Shown here piece after piece: positions 38,294 to 50,271 of a stretch of 64,000 nt of DNA; within the stretch, counting starts at the first letter, position 1, and each line of letters starts with the position of its first letter. The notes below the pieces were generated by a model that worked only from the letters and a program-made list of their open reading frames with translations, searched no databases and was not told the origin of the DNA. Made by a program: the position numbers and the translations under genes. The DNA is from Octopus vulgaris (lineage: Eukaryota), in the NCBI GenBank assembly GCA_951406725.2, contig OX597828.1, positions 71,176,001 through 71,240,000 of the forward strand. Direction: 5' to 3'.

Positions 38294-39393
38294 ACATATA
38301 TATACATATATATATATATATACATATATATATAAGGTGTGACAGACAGGCAGCATGTGTTGAAGAGAGAAAAGCTGACAGACAACTTGGCTATATACTA
38401 CTCGTATATGAAACAAAATATTTGTCTGTCTCTGTGCCTGGTTTTATTGTTTTAAAACATCGAATGTCTTCCCCCCCCCCCCCAAAAAAAAAGAAGGCAC
38501 TCGTCGGCCGAATATATTTTGCCAGAGAGAACCTTCTTTGGTTTAGGTGAGGTCTGTAAAAACCTTGACATCTCTGGTATGTCCTGCCAAAACCGACACA
38601 TACTCACACTTGCAAGCTTTATCTTAATTCCATCCTCTAAATATAGACATACCGGACGTTTCCGACACGTATTGTCAATCCCTTTCGTTTATATTTTAAA
38701 TTTCGATGTTGTTTATCGACCACTCGAAGTTCTACCAAGAGCTTCACTTATCCTGCTAACCTCTGCGATAAGCAGTGACGCCATGTGCGCACACGGTCCT
38801 ATTTATCGATGTTCTTCACTTCAGGTAACATTGAAACTCTTTGTGACGGGGAAATTAGACACCCAACCCTTTTTAAATCTTCGAAACCCGTCCCTTATCT
38901 TTCTCTTTAAGGTCATATTTATTGATTCACAGCAAAATGGTAATATTTTAGCTTTTTCACGTTAACAGTCGCATGAAATCATGGCTTTTTATATGTATCT
39001 ACTGTACATTATTGTCGTTTTTTCCCCCTATACCCTATACTATATTTAATGAGAAGAAATATTGTCTGCAGGACGTTGTGTTTGTCCCTCCACGGTGTCC
39101 TATGTCTGTCTAACTGTTGATCTAGAGACATTCTTCACTTTGCAGTTAAAAGTGTGATAGAGCGAAGAGAGGCAGCTGTATGTGTGCAGCTATTACAGCG
39201 AGCTGTGTAGGAGGTTTAGCTGTTGTAATAATGGTAATAAATGGCTAGCAAGGAATATCCAAGATGGGGGATGTTACAGACTGTTTCGTGTGGGTGGCTG
39301 GCAGGGGTACGGAGTGGGAACGGACGTGCAACTGATATGGTTGTAGTTAGAGAAAACAAAAGCGATACGTCACTGTCAGGTGTGCGAGTCCAT

Positions 39394-39770
39394 TCAGGGT
39401 GTCCTAATTGTATTTTATTGTGAAAGCAGGGTGTCTCGCTAATTAACTTGTACTCTACTTTGTATCCAGGATAACCGACTAATTAACTTGTAATTCATTG
39501 TGTATCCAGGCTGTCCAGCTAATTCATTTGAATTTCATTGTGTAACCCAGAGTGTGTGCTACTAACTTGTACTCTAATATATATATATCCAAGGTGTCTT
39601 ATTTTGTATTCTATTGTTTTCTGGGTGTCCTATTCTATTTTATGTATACAGGGTGTACTCTAGTGTGTATCAAGGGTTTCCTATTAACTTGTACTTAAAT
39701 GTGTCTCCAGATGTGTCCTAACTTGTACTCTATTCAAGATGTCCTATTAATTGTACTCTTTTTATGTCTC
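39394..39770. repeat. Degenerate ~35-41-bp minisatellite
   Basis: Recurring CAGGGTGTCC-TAATTAACTTGTACTCTA-TTGTGTATC. Confidence 0.6.
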
Positions 39771-41060
39771 ACCATTTATTTTAAACATCAAACACATCAG
39801 TTTTTATGAAACCTCATTAAAGTTTATATTTCTAACATTCAACATCCCCCGTTTTATCCCCTAATGTACACTCTCTACCTCAGCAATGTATACCCTGCTA
39901 AAGATCATACACCATATTTCATTAAACCCATTGTATACCACCATGATCATTCTGTCTTTACAATGAAGCATGCTGTCCTAAATTTAAGACTTCAAAACAA
40001 CGGGATCCTTACTTTAAAGACACTAGGGAGTTCATAGGTGCTGTTGCTAAATAGTTCCTTTATTTTGACCAATCTTCAGTTGATTAGGTAGCTGGAATTG
40101 TAGAAAACAAGGATTCCTGAAGATTTCCCTACACACACATTCATGTTACATAAATGAAGGAATTGTTTAAAGAATTTTGCTTTGCAATTACATGGATTTG
40201 GGTTCAATCCCAGTGCATGGCACCTTGGGTAAGTCCTCTGTCTTGAGCCAACCTGATCTTTGTGAGCAAAATTTGTCAGACAAAAGCAGTGTGGAAACTG
40301 ATCAGTTTAAATGTTCCTGTTCTTGGATGGAGCAGTTAATCTGTCTCAGTCTAAGACTATATTCTGTTGTGAGCATTCAGGCCTGTCTGAGGATAACTTT
40401 GGAGGCCCTTTAAAGGGTCAGGTGTACTGCTGCTTGAGGCATTTTGCTTTATAGATGTAGTCACTATTTGAATATATTCTGCATAATCATCATCATTTGA
40501 TGTCTGCCTTCGATGCTAGCTTGAGTTGGATGGTCCGAGGGAAACTGACAAGCTAGGGGACTGTGCTGAGCCCCAATGTCCACTTTGGTAACATTTCTGC
40601 AACTAGATGCCCTTCCTAACATGAACCACTTTACAGAGTGTACTGGGTGCTTTTATGGCACCAACACTTGGGAAGTCGCCAAGTAACTTTCAAGACAAGA
40701 CCCCTCGACTGAGTGGAGGTGCAGTGTTACTGAGGGAGGTGGTTTTGTGTCAGGTGTTGAAAAGGTGAAGCCTGATACAGGAACAGGTGTTTTGCAGGGG
40801 AGGGAAAGACCTGGCTCCCCAAACTGGGAAGGGATCAAGTATGGTGGTAATGATACATCAGGGCGCATCAAGTTAGAAGGTGGCGGCTATGAGAGAATAG
40901 GAACAGAATATCAGGAAGGGTGGATGGGTAAGTCCAGAAGAGTGTGAAAGGAGAATGACAGATGGTTAGAGATGGGGGGTAGAAGTTAATGTAGTCAGTA
41001 ACAGTTATAGCCATTAATAACTTCTATAACTACCAACACTAACTAATGGTTAATTAATAT

Positions 41061-41260
41061 TTAACCATTTACCATTCAGATTATTCTGTCAAATGTAATG
41101 CTTATTTGTTCGTATTGGTGTGAATTAATTATGATCACAGCTCTGAGGTTTCAGCGATTGTTTACTTTTAGAATAACATTATAGGGTAGAGGCTGGATCT
41201 GACCAGTTTGATCTTAAGATGTGAAGAATATTTTCGCTGGATTAAATGCTGAATGGTTAG
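41061..41260. mobile_element. Second piggyBac-type MITE family (E), decayed
   Basis: TTAACCATTTACCATTCAGA...AATGCTGAATGGTTAG; related copy at 43048-43804. Confidence 0.6.
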
Positions 41261-41784
41261 AAGGAATTGTGTTGCTGTATATCTGTGTGATCTTATTTCT
41301 GTTGCATTTTATTTTGTCTTTTTTTTTTCTCATTTTGTGAATAGCCTCTAACTCCCTGAATGTGACGTGGTCAGTAGAACTGGGCCCTAAACCCTCCCAT
41401 CATTTACCAGCAAACAGATTCATTCCTCTCTTCCAGTTACTACAAGATCCTCTACTCTGAACGAACTAAACAACTCCCACCACTGAGGCCCACTTCTGGC
41501 ACCTGTCTCTCCTCTCATCACTCCTCAATGTATCTCACCTTCCAAGATCCTGTATAAAGACTTTGCTTAACACACATTTCCAGAACAGTACCCCCACCCA
41601 TTAGTGTAGCGGTGGGGAGGGGAGAAGGAGGTGGTCTGCTGTAGCTAATACTTATTTTTTGTGGGATTGGGGGGGGGGGGCAAATGACAGGGCCACCCCA
41701 ATCAGCACACACTCTAGCTACGCCAGTGCCCCATCCCCACCCATTTCAGCTTTTTTTTTTCATGTTGCAGATATCAATCTGCAC

Positions 41785-42038
41785 CAGAGGTTCCCAACCA
41801 TTTTTTGCCTATGGCCCCTTTTGATTCTTACTTCACTGCACACTGGACCCTAATAAACATTTCACATTTAGAAAGAACAGTCCCATCATATTTCTATAAT
41901 TAAATATTATTAGGAATTATATAAAAATTAAACTATTTTGTATATTGTAGAAGTACAGCCAATTTATTGCTCATAAATTTGAACTAAATCTTCTATGGAC
42001 CCTGAAGGGTCATATTGACTCCCAACTGGGAACCACAG
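41785..42038. mobile_element. hAT-type MITE with 8-bp TSD
   Basis: TIRs CAGAGGTTCCCAA / CTGGGAACCACAG; TSD ATCTGCAC (41777-41784) and ATCTACAC (42039-42046); inverted relative at 55986-56222. Confidence 0.8.
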
Positions 42039-43047
42039 ATCTACACTGTCTAAACTGAACATTAACCACATCAGTATCCCCAGGCTGGGAGGACAGTCTG
42101 TAAAGATCATTGACATTGCCTCCCTCCTCCTCCTCCTCACCCTTCTCTAATTTATTGAAATTATTTATAGCTGGTTATTAATTATTACTCATTAGTACAT
42201 GATACTTTCTGAGAGTTCAGTCAGGCAAATAATTGGCTGGATTAACATCTGTGGTGCCTAATTTTCCAACCTCCTATCTTTTACTTGTTTCAGTCTTTTG
42301 ACTGCGGCCATGCTGGGGCACTGCCTTGAAGAATTTTAGTAGAACGAATCAACCCCAATACTTTTTTTTTTGTAAAGCCTGTTACTTATTCTATCAGGCT
42401 CTTTGCTGAACTGCTATGCTATGGGGGACATAAACATACCAACACTGGTTGTCAACCAATGATGGGATACAAACACGCACACACATGGTGGGTTTCTTTC
42501 AGTTTCTGTCTACCAAATCCACTCACATGGCTTTGGTCAGATTTACACTTGGTGAGGTCCTGTCCTTGGAAATGCCGTGTTGAAAATTACACAATGAGGT
42601 ATTGCAAAAGTTGAAAACAACAACAACATCATCAGCATCATCAATTAGCGTCCATGTTCCATGCTTGCATGGGTTGAACATACATCTCTTAATTTCAGGC
42701 CCTAAATCATGGCTTGATCAGCTTATGCCTAAATCAAACGGTACCTCTAACCAACAGAACCTCTATGTGGTCAATCGACCTTCTAGAAGTAGCAGCTGAA
42801 TCTCCCTCAGATCATTACCAGCCTTTAACCCTTTTGTTACCATATCTCTGTCGAAATACACTGCTGTTGTTTCAATTAATTATTAAAATAACGAAGGTTT
42901 AGTCTAACAGTATTGTCATTATTTTATGCTGGTGTTTGGAATATAAATTAACATAAAATTTCGATGGATGGCTTTAATTTAAAAACAGGAAGTTTGTGTG
43001 ATAGAACCAAAGTCAGTCTCAAGTAGTTTGGCATCAGAGGGGGTTGG

Positions 43048-43804
43048 CCCTTTAGCATTCAGAATGTCAGGTATGATGCTTATTTATTCACATTGTTTTG
43101 AATTAATCGTGCATGATCTTGTACTTTTGAAATTTTAAGGATGTGATTGTTTTATTTTTAGAATGTCATTCATCATCATCGGGATCATCATTTAACGTCC
43201 GCTTTCCATGCTGGCATGGGTTGGACGGTTCAACTGGGGTCTGGGAAGCCAGAAGGCTGCACCAGGCCCAGTCTGATCTGGCAATGTTTCTACGGCTGGA
43301 TGCCCTTCCTAATGCCAACCACTCCATGAGTGTAGTGGGTACTTTTTACGTGCCACCAGCACAGGTGCCAGACGATGCTGGCAAATGGCCACAATCGGAT
43401 GGTGCTTTTTATGTGCCACCGGCACAGGGGCCAGGCGATGCTGGCAAATGGCCACATTCGGATGGTGCTTTTTACGTCATTGTAGCGTAGATTTAACCCT
43501 TTTGCTACCAACCCAGCTGAAACCAGCTCTGGCCCTGAGTGCAAATGTCTTGTTTTCATAAGTTTTGAATTAAAATCTTCCATCAAACCTTAGTCACAAT
43601 TTATGTTCCTAACACTAGCTTAATGATAACTAATTTATTTTACTAAATTTTTTGTTATATTTAAAATAATTGAAAGAAACACAGAGCATCTCAAAATAAA
43701 GAGAGTAACGAAAGGGTTAAGAGACCAGATCTGGCTGGTTTGAGCTTAAAACTGGTAGAATATTTGGATCGGATATGGGGCCAGTTTGAATGCTACAGGA
43801 TTAA
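43048..43804. mobile_element. MITE family E with nested RTE tail (43171-43475) and MITE family D (43497-43716)
   Basis: Outer termini CCCTTTAGCATTCA / TGAATGCTACAGGATTAA; GTCATT duplicated at 43165-43170 and 43476-43481; TTAA at 43493-43496 and 43717-43720. Confidence 0.8.
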
Positions 43805-44779
43805 AAAAAAAGAAGAAAAAAACACAGGAGAGTGTCATGTAAAAAAATCAGAATGTTAAATGTTGGTTTCAGCTTTTGTGAGACCTCCTTGTGCAATTTT
43901 TGCTTTTCCGCAAGAGGCCTCCAATTTCAGGGCCTTATCAAATCTAAATCTTATCAGCTTGCTCTAATTGGTGTTGTTTAGCCCCAGGTTAGACCTGAAT
44001 GTGGAGAGCTCTGACCAAAGGCATTTTCAGCATTGACTAGTCTGTTCTTTATGAGTTATATAGGACTACGTTATTTGTCCGTGTCCTTCCTTTTGTTTTG
44101 GGGGAGTGGGGGTGTTAAAGCAAAGTGTGATTTGGCTGCTATTTCTAGCAAGTCAACCCTGCAAGGTTTGCTTTTGTTACTGTGCAATTTGTAATGAGTT
44201 GATAAGTGTTTTGGCCCAAATAGACAGACAACTTGGCACCTGTGGTCAAATAAGACCTCATGATCTGGAAATCCACAGGTTGTCTCCGTATTAACATTGT
44301 AGCAGCAGTAGCTCTATAATAGTAGTAGTAGTAGTATCAATTGTAGTTGTAAATAATGATTTCTAACCTTGGCACAGGGCCACACATTTACAGAGAAAAG
44401 CAGGAATAATATTGAGAGTTCAATAACTAAACACTCACTCACAAACAACTGTAGATCACAGTATCTTGTTGTTGTTGTGAAGACCTGGTCTTGTCTATAG
44501 ACAACTACATGGCTATTGTTATTGTTCATACATAACATGATGATGATGATGATGGTATAGAAGGCCTGTTGTTGATTGAGAAACAAATTGTTAGCCTCTG
44601 TAATCTTATATGTTATGTGGAGACCACATTATTTAGAAATGTTGAAATATGTAGAAGTAAGGTTATAGCCGGCCCAGAATGGTAGGACGTGGGGTCTTCC
44701 CAGTGCGATAACAATAATAGACAGAGTGCTTGGTGGGATAGCAACAATAATTATCACAGCATTAGTGGGATAATAATAA

Positions 44780-46345
44780 TTACAAATTTTTTGGCACAAG
44801 GCCAGCAATTTTGAGGGTGGAGGCCTAAGTCAATTAGATTGACCCCAGTGTTCAGCTGGTACTTAATTTATCGACCCTGTAAAGATGAAAGGCAAGGCTG
44901 ACCTCGGCAGAATTTGAATTCAGGCTGTAAAGATGGACGAAATGCCACTAAGCAGTTTGCCTGGTGTGATAACAATTCTGCCAGCTCACCACCTTAATAA
45001 TAATAATAATAATAAGAGCATTCAGAGTGCAAACCTCTGCCAAGGCAACACCAACATCCTCTCAATGATTAGCCAGAGATGATTTTTAAAATGAGAATAT
45101 CTGAAATAAACTCGACTGCTCTCACAAACGAGAATACTAAAAATGAACCCGACCACTCTCAAAAATTAAGTAAAAGAACAAGAAAAAAAAATCCAGAATC
45201 TTTGTCCAGTACTGGATCGATTCTAAAATCTAATCAATTCCTGCCAGTCATGAGGCCAAACATCCCTGAAAGTTTCATCTGTATCCATCCAGCGGTTCAT
45301 GAGATATCTTGTACACGGACAAACAACAAATACGACTGAAAAAAACAATACCTCTGCCCTCGCTAAGGTGGAGGTAATACTAGTTGAAGCACTAATAAGG
45401 TAACTATGATAATAGTATTAGTGGAATAATATTAATAATAATAATAATGGTGTCATATTTTGGCACAAAGCTAGCAAGTTTAGGAGACAGGTAAGTTGAT
45501 TACATTGACCCCTGTGTTCTGTAGTTAATTATTTTATCTCCACCCAAAAGGATGATGGCCAAAGATGACTTTGGTGGAATTTGAAATCAGAATGTAAAGA
45601 GCCAGAAATGCCACTAAATATCTTGTATAGTGTGCTAACTCTGCCAGCTCACTGCTTTAATAATCATAATAATAATAATAATAATTCTATAGGCATGAGG
45701 CCTGAAATTGTTTAGGGTAGGGGTCTAGTTGATTGCAATGACCCCAGTGCTTAACTGGTATTTATTTCATCAACCATGAAAGGACAAGTCAACCTTGGCA
45801 GAATTTGAACTCAGAAAGTAAAGGCAGACAGAATGTTAATGATTCCATCAGCTTGCCACCTTAACAACAATAACAATAATTATAATAATCCTTTCTACTA
45901 TAGGCGCAAGGCCTGAAATTTTGGGGGAGGGGGCTAGTCAATTAGATCAACACCAGTATGGAACTGGTACTTATTTTATCAACCCCGAAAGATTGAAAGG
46001 CAAAGTCGACCTCGGCGGAATTTGAAGTTAGGACACTAGTGGGATAACAATAATAGAACATTGGTGGGATAATAATAATTTTTGGAGCTCTAATGGAATA
46101 ATAATAATAATATATTTCTTTACTGCCCACAAGGGGCTAAACATAGAGGGGACAAACAAGGACAGACAAAGGGATTAAGTCGATTGCATCGACCTCAGTG
46201 TGAAACTGGTACTTTATTTATCGACCCCGAAAGGATGAAAGGCAAAGTCGACCTCGGCGGAATTTGAACTCAGAATGTAGCGGCAGATGAAATACTGTTA
46301 AGCATTTCGCCCGGCGTGCTAACGACTCTGTCAGCTCACCGCCTT
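44780..46345 (-). mobile_element. Cluster of five same-orientation SINE B copies plus one HINE-like element (45014-45378)
   Basis: SINE B at about 44780-44995, 45452-45658, 45685-45862, 45888-46030 and 46113-46345, each bordered by AAT-rich tracts. Confidence 0.8.
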
Positions 46346-47547
46346 AAATAATAATAAATGGAATAATAATAGTTGGAGCTCTAGTGGGACGACTACAATT
46401 ACTGTAGTCAGAGCACTAACGAGTAACAATAGAAGAGGACATAGTGGGATGATGATAATAATAATAATGGTTGGAACGCTAAGTAGAAGAACAGTAATGA
46501 CTGTTAATGGGATAAGAGTGTCAGAGCTTGAAGTGGGTCAATAATGTTATTAGCCAAGCAAGGGCAGTGAACTGACAGAATCAGTAACACGTTGGGCGAA
46601 ATGCTTCTTGGCATCTCATCAATCAACCAGTCGTCGGAGAGATCGCAAATGGTAAGGAAAGGACTGCATTCAAATTCTGCCCGAGGTCAGCTATGCCCTT
46701 CATCCTTTTCAGGGTCAATAAAGTAGGTACCAGTCAAACTCTGGGGTCGATGTAATCAACGTGCTTCCCCCTCCCCACTGCCGCCGCCTGAAATTGCAGG
46801 CCTTGTGCCAAAATTTGAAATTAATATTATTACCCACATGGGATGTCGGTTAATAGTTGGAGTATTAAGCTCAATTCCTTGCAAGTTTCCATTCTGTTGC
46901 AGACGAGAGAAAATATTGACACAGAATATCGACAGAAATTTTGTAATATTGATGGAGAGGATAACCATTTCAGTTGTTGTAATTCAAGCGCTTAGGATAT
47001 CATCCGGGTATATGTATTATGGCATTGACTAGGGATATCAGTATAAGCAGTTATTAAAATGTGTGCTTCATATCAAGCATATAACATTTCAGTTTTGATA
47101 AGTTCTAATTATTTACAGAAACAGTATCACTCTTCATCATCATCATCATGTAACATCCGTTTTCCATGCTGGTATGGGTTGGACGGTTTGGCAGCAGCTG
47201 ACAAGGCCAGGAGCTGCACCAGGTTCCTTTGTCTGTTCTGGCTCGGTTTCTGTAGCTGGATGTCCTTCCTAACACCAACCACCTCACATTATGTATACTG
47301 GGTGCTTTCTATGTGGCACCAACACCAGTGCTTTGTTGCTCAAGTATGAGAATTTTCAACTAACTTCTAAAGCATTCTGTATCAAGGAATAAATGTAAAA
47401 ATAAAATAGGGACCTGCACTATGTTAAGTAAAAAAAACAAATCAAACTGGACTGTAACAATGAACAGTTTAACAAGAAAATGAAAAATGTATTTAACATG
47501 ACTGAGACACTTTCCTCATCAGTTGCCAAACAGATACCATAGTTTCA

Positions 47548-47581
<34 letters not shown>

Positions 47582-47584
<3 letters not shown>

Positions 47585-47779
47585 CTTCTTTCTGTGTTTT
47601 TTCTCTGTGTATCTTTTTGTTGAAGAGCGTAGGCTCGAAACGTTAAAGACTTGTTTTATTTATATTTCCTGAGCGCCATACTAATACAATTGTTTGTTTG
47701 TATTCCACCTGCCTTCGTCTTTTGTTTATTTCCGTAAACCTGCCTTCGTCTTTTGTCTATTTTCATAAAGCTTCCCGTT
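47582..47779 (+). mobile_element. Small element in (TA)n with hammerhead-like variant (47612-47649)
   Basis: TCTTT-TTGTTGA-A-GAGC-gtag-GCTC-GAAA-CG-T-T-AAAGA; second copy at 53176-53333. Confidence 0.65.
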
Positions 47780-47816
47780 ATATATATATATATATATATA
47801 TAGTTGTGTCTCAGGA

Positions 47817-48080
47817 GGGTCATTATGCCAGTAATAAATGCACACATTGGTTCTATTTCACTTCCTTATTTATTTGTCAGTTGATTTAACTAATTAACTA
47901 ATTGGTCGTGTTTGCTAAAGTGACCCCTTCAATGGCTGATTAACTGATTAGATCAACTGACCAGGAAGTAATAAAGTGAAATAGGATTAGTGTGTATGGT
48001 TGATCTAATCGACTGGCTTCCTCCCCCAAAATTTCGGGCCTTGTGCCTAGAGTAGAAAAGGATTATTGGCACAATGATCC
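47817..48080. repeat. Foldback element with a SINE B tail inserted in the right arm
   Basis: GGGTCATTATGCCAGTAATA / TATTGGCACAATGATCC, CTATTTCACTT / AAGTGAAATAG, GTCAGTTGAT / ATCAACTGAC. Confidence 0.7.
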
Positions 48081-49712
48081 ATGCAAGATGTTTCAACATA
48101 CAGGTCCAAATCAAGAATCTTGCAAACCAAATACAAAAACGAAATTATAATTGACAAACCATGTGTGGCAACAAAAGAAGGTTGACCTCAATATCACTGC
48201 AAATAGAGGACAATGTTTATTAAATTATACAGGTATGGAGATTCACATGTAGGACTTTAAATTTCTGTGCAATTTGATGATTCATTGCACAAGGAAGTTT
48301 CCACACTTGTATCATTTCATCATTTAACGTCCGCTTTCCATGCTAGCATGGGTTGGATGATTTGACTGAGGTCTGGCGAACCAGACTCCAATCTGATCTG
48401 GCAGAGTTTCTACAGCTGGATGCCCTTCCTAACGCCAACCACTTCAAGAGTGTAGTGGGTGCTTTTACGTGCCACCAGCACGAGGGTCAGTTTGGTGGTA
48501 CTGGCATGGGTTGGACAGGAACTGGCAGGCCAGAGAGCTGCACTAGGCTTCACTTGCTTGTTTTAGCATGGTTTCTACAGCTGGATGGTCTTGCTAACGC
48601 CAACCACTTTACAGAGTGCAGTCTGGGTGCTTTTACATGACACTGGCGCGAGGAATATTCAGTTGTTCAATCAAGTGAGCTACCTGCTCGTTGAATTAGT
48701 AAGTGGCTGAGTATCTCACAGACATGTCTACCTCTGACGTAATCCTCAGGCAGAATCAGGCCAGGCCTTTATATTTACACAACCCATTGAATGATCTTCT
48801 CCAGGGTTTCCATCTCCCTCGTTTCATTTCACTCTCAACACTTGGATCAACTTGAGATTATGGTGGAAACTCTTGTTCAAGAGACCATGCTGTCTGATCA
48901 AATCTGAGACCTTGTGATTGCAAAGCTAGCATCTGAACTATGAAGCCCATACTTCATCATCACTATCACAATCATCATCTCCATGCTTGCATGGCTCAGG
49001 CGGAAGTTTTTGATGCAGATTTTTTTATTGCTGGATGCTCTTTCAGTCACCAACCTTTATCTGTTTCCAGGCAAAATAATATTTCCCATGACCAAACAGG
49101 TTTTTCATGGCAAACTGGAAACAAACAGTATCATTTGTATGACAATGATGGTTGTCTACAACCATCACATGTCGTCTAGAGAAGGGTAGTCACTAACACA
49201 AACATACATGCACACTTCACAGGCTTCTTCAAGTTTCCCATCTCCAAATCCACTGACAAGGAATTGGTTGGCCTGACACTGCAGTAAAACCCACCAAAGA
49301 TGTTGTGTAATGGGACTGAATCCAAAAGTCACATGGCTGAGAATTAAGCCCCTTAATCACACAGCCACACCCGTGCCTCTGTCTGTCTGTGCAGTTTCTT
49401 TGTTTCAAACATTTGGCCGTGGCCACACTGTAGTGCCACCTTGAAGAACTTTAGTCAACTGGACTACTAAGTCACAGGGACATAAACACACCAACACTGG
49501 TTGTCAAGTGGTGGCGCACGCGCGCACACACACACACACACACAATGGGCTTCTTTCAGTTTCCATCTACCAAAACCATTCACAAGGCTTTAGTTGACCT
49601 GAAGCTATAGTAAAAGACAGTTGCCCAAGGTACCTTGCTGTGGGACTGAACCCGGAACCATGTAGTTTGGGAAGCAAACTTTTTACCACACAGCCACGCT
49701 TCTGCCTATACA

Positions 49713-49752
<40 letters not shown>

Positions 49753-49900
49753 GAAGGGCATCCAGCCATAAAAACCATGCCTAATCAGGCTGGAGTCTGG
49801 TGCAGCTTCTCAGCTTTCCAGCCCTGGTCAAACTGTCCAACCCATGCCAGCATGGACAACGGACGTTAAACGATGGTGATGATGATATATATATATATAT

Positions 49901-50193
49901 CACGTGACCGACCAGACCATCAGATGTTGTTACACATCGCTGGTCACAATGCATTCGCATTGTTTTAGCCTTCGAATGACGCCACCCCGCTGGCTAAGTG
50001 AGCAGGCCAACAGAAGAAAGAGTGAGAGAAAGAGTGGTGAAAGAGTACAGCAGGGATCACCACCCCCTGCCAGAGCCTCGTGGAGCTTTTAGGTGTTTCC
50101 GCTCAATAAACACTCACAACGCCCGGTCTGGGTATCGAAACCGCGATCCTGCGACCGCGAGTCCACTGCCCTAACCACTAGGCCATTACGCCT

Positions 50194-50196
<3 letters not shown>
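49901..50196 (-). mobile_element. Young tRNA-derived SINE family H inserted in (TA)n
   Basis: GGAGGCGTAATGGCCTAGTGGTTAGGGCAGTGGACTCGCGGTCGCAGGATCGCGGTTTCGATACCC head; CpG-rich. Confidence 0.8.

Positions 50197-50271
<75 letters not shown>

Noticed and set aside
38519-38965. 148-aa ORF in the CpG-rich zone
   Set aside because: Non-ATG start and no recognisable motif; only the short ATG-to-donor part is kept as a weak candidate
50120-50196. tRNA-like sequences (also 14621-14688 and SINE A/I heads)
   Set aside because: They continue into SINE bodies and lack complete acceptor stems, so they are not tRNA genes
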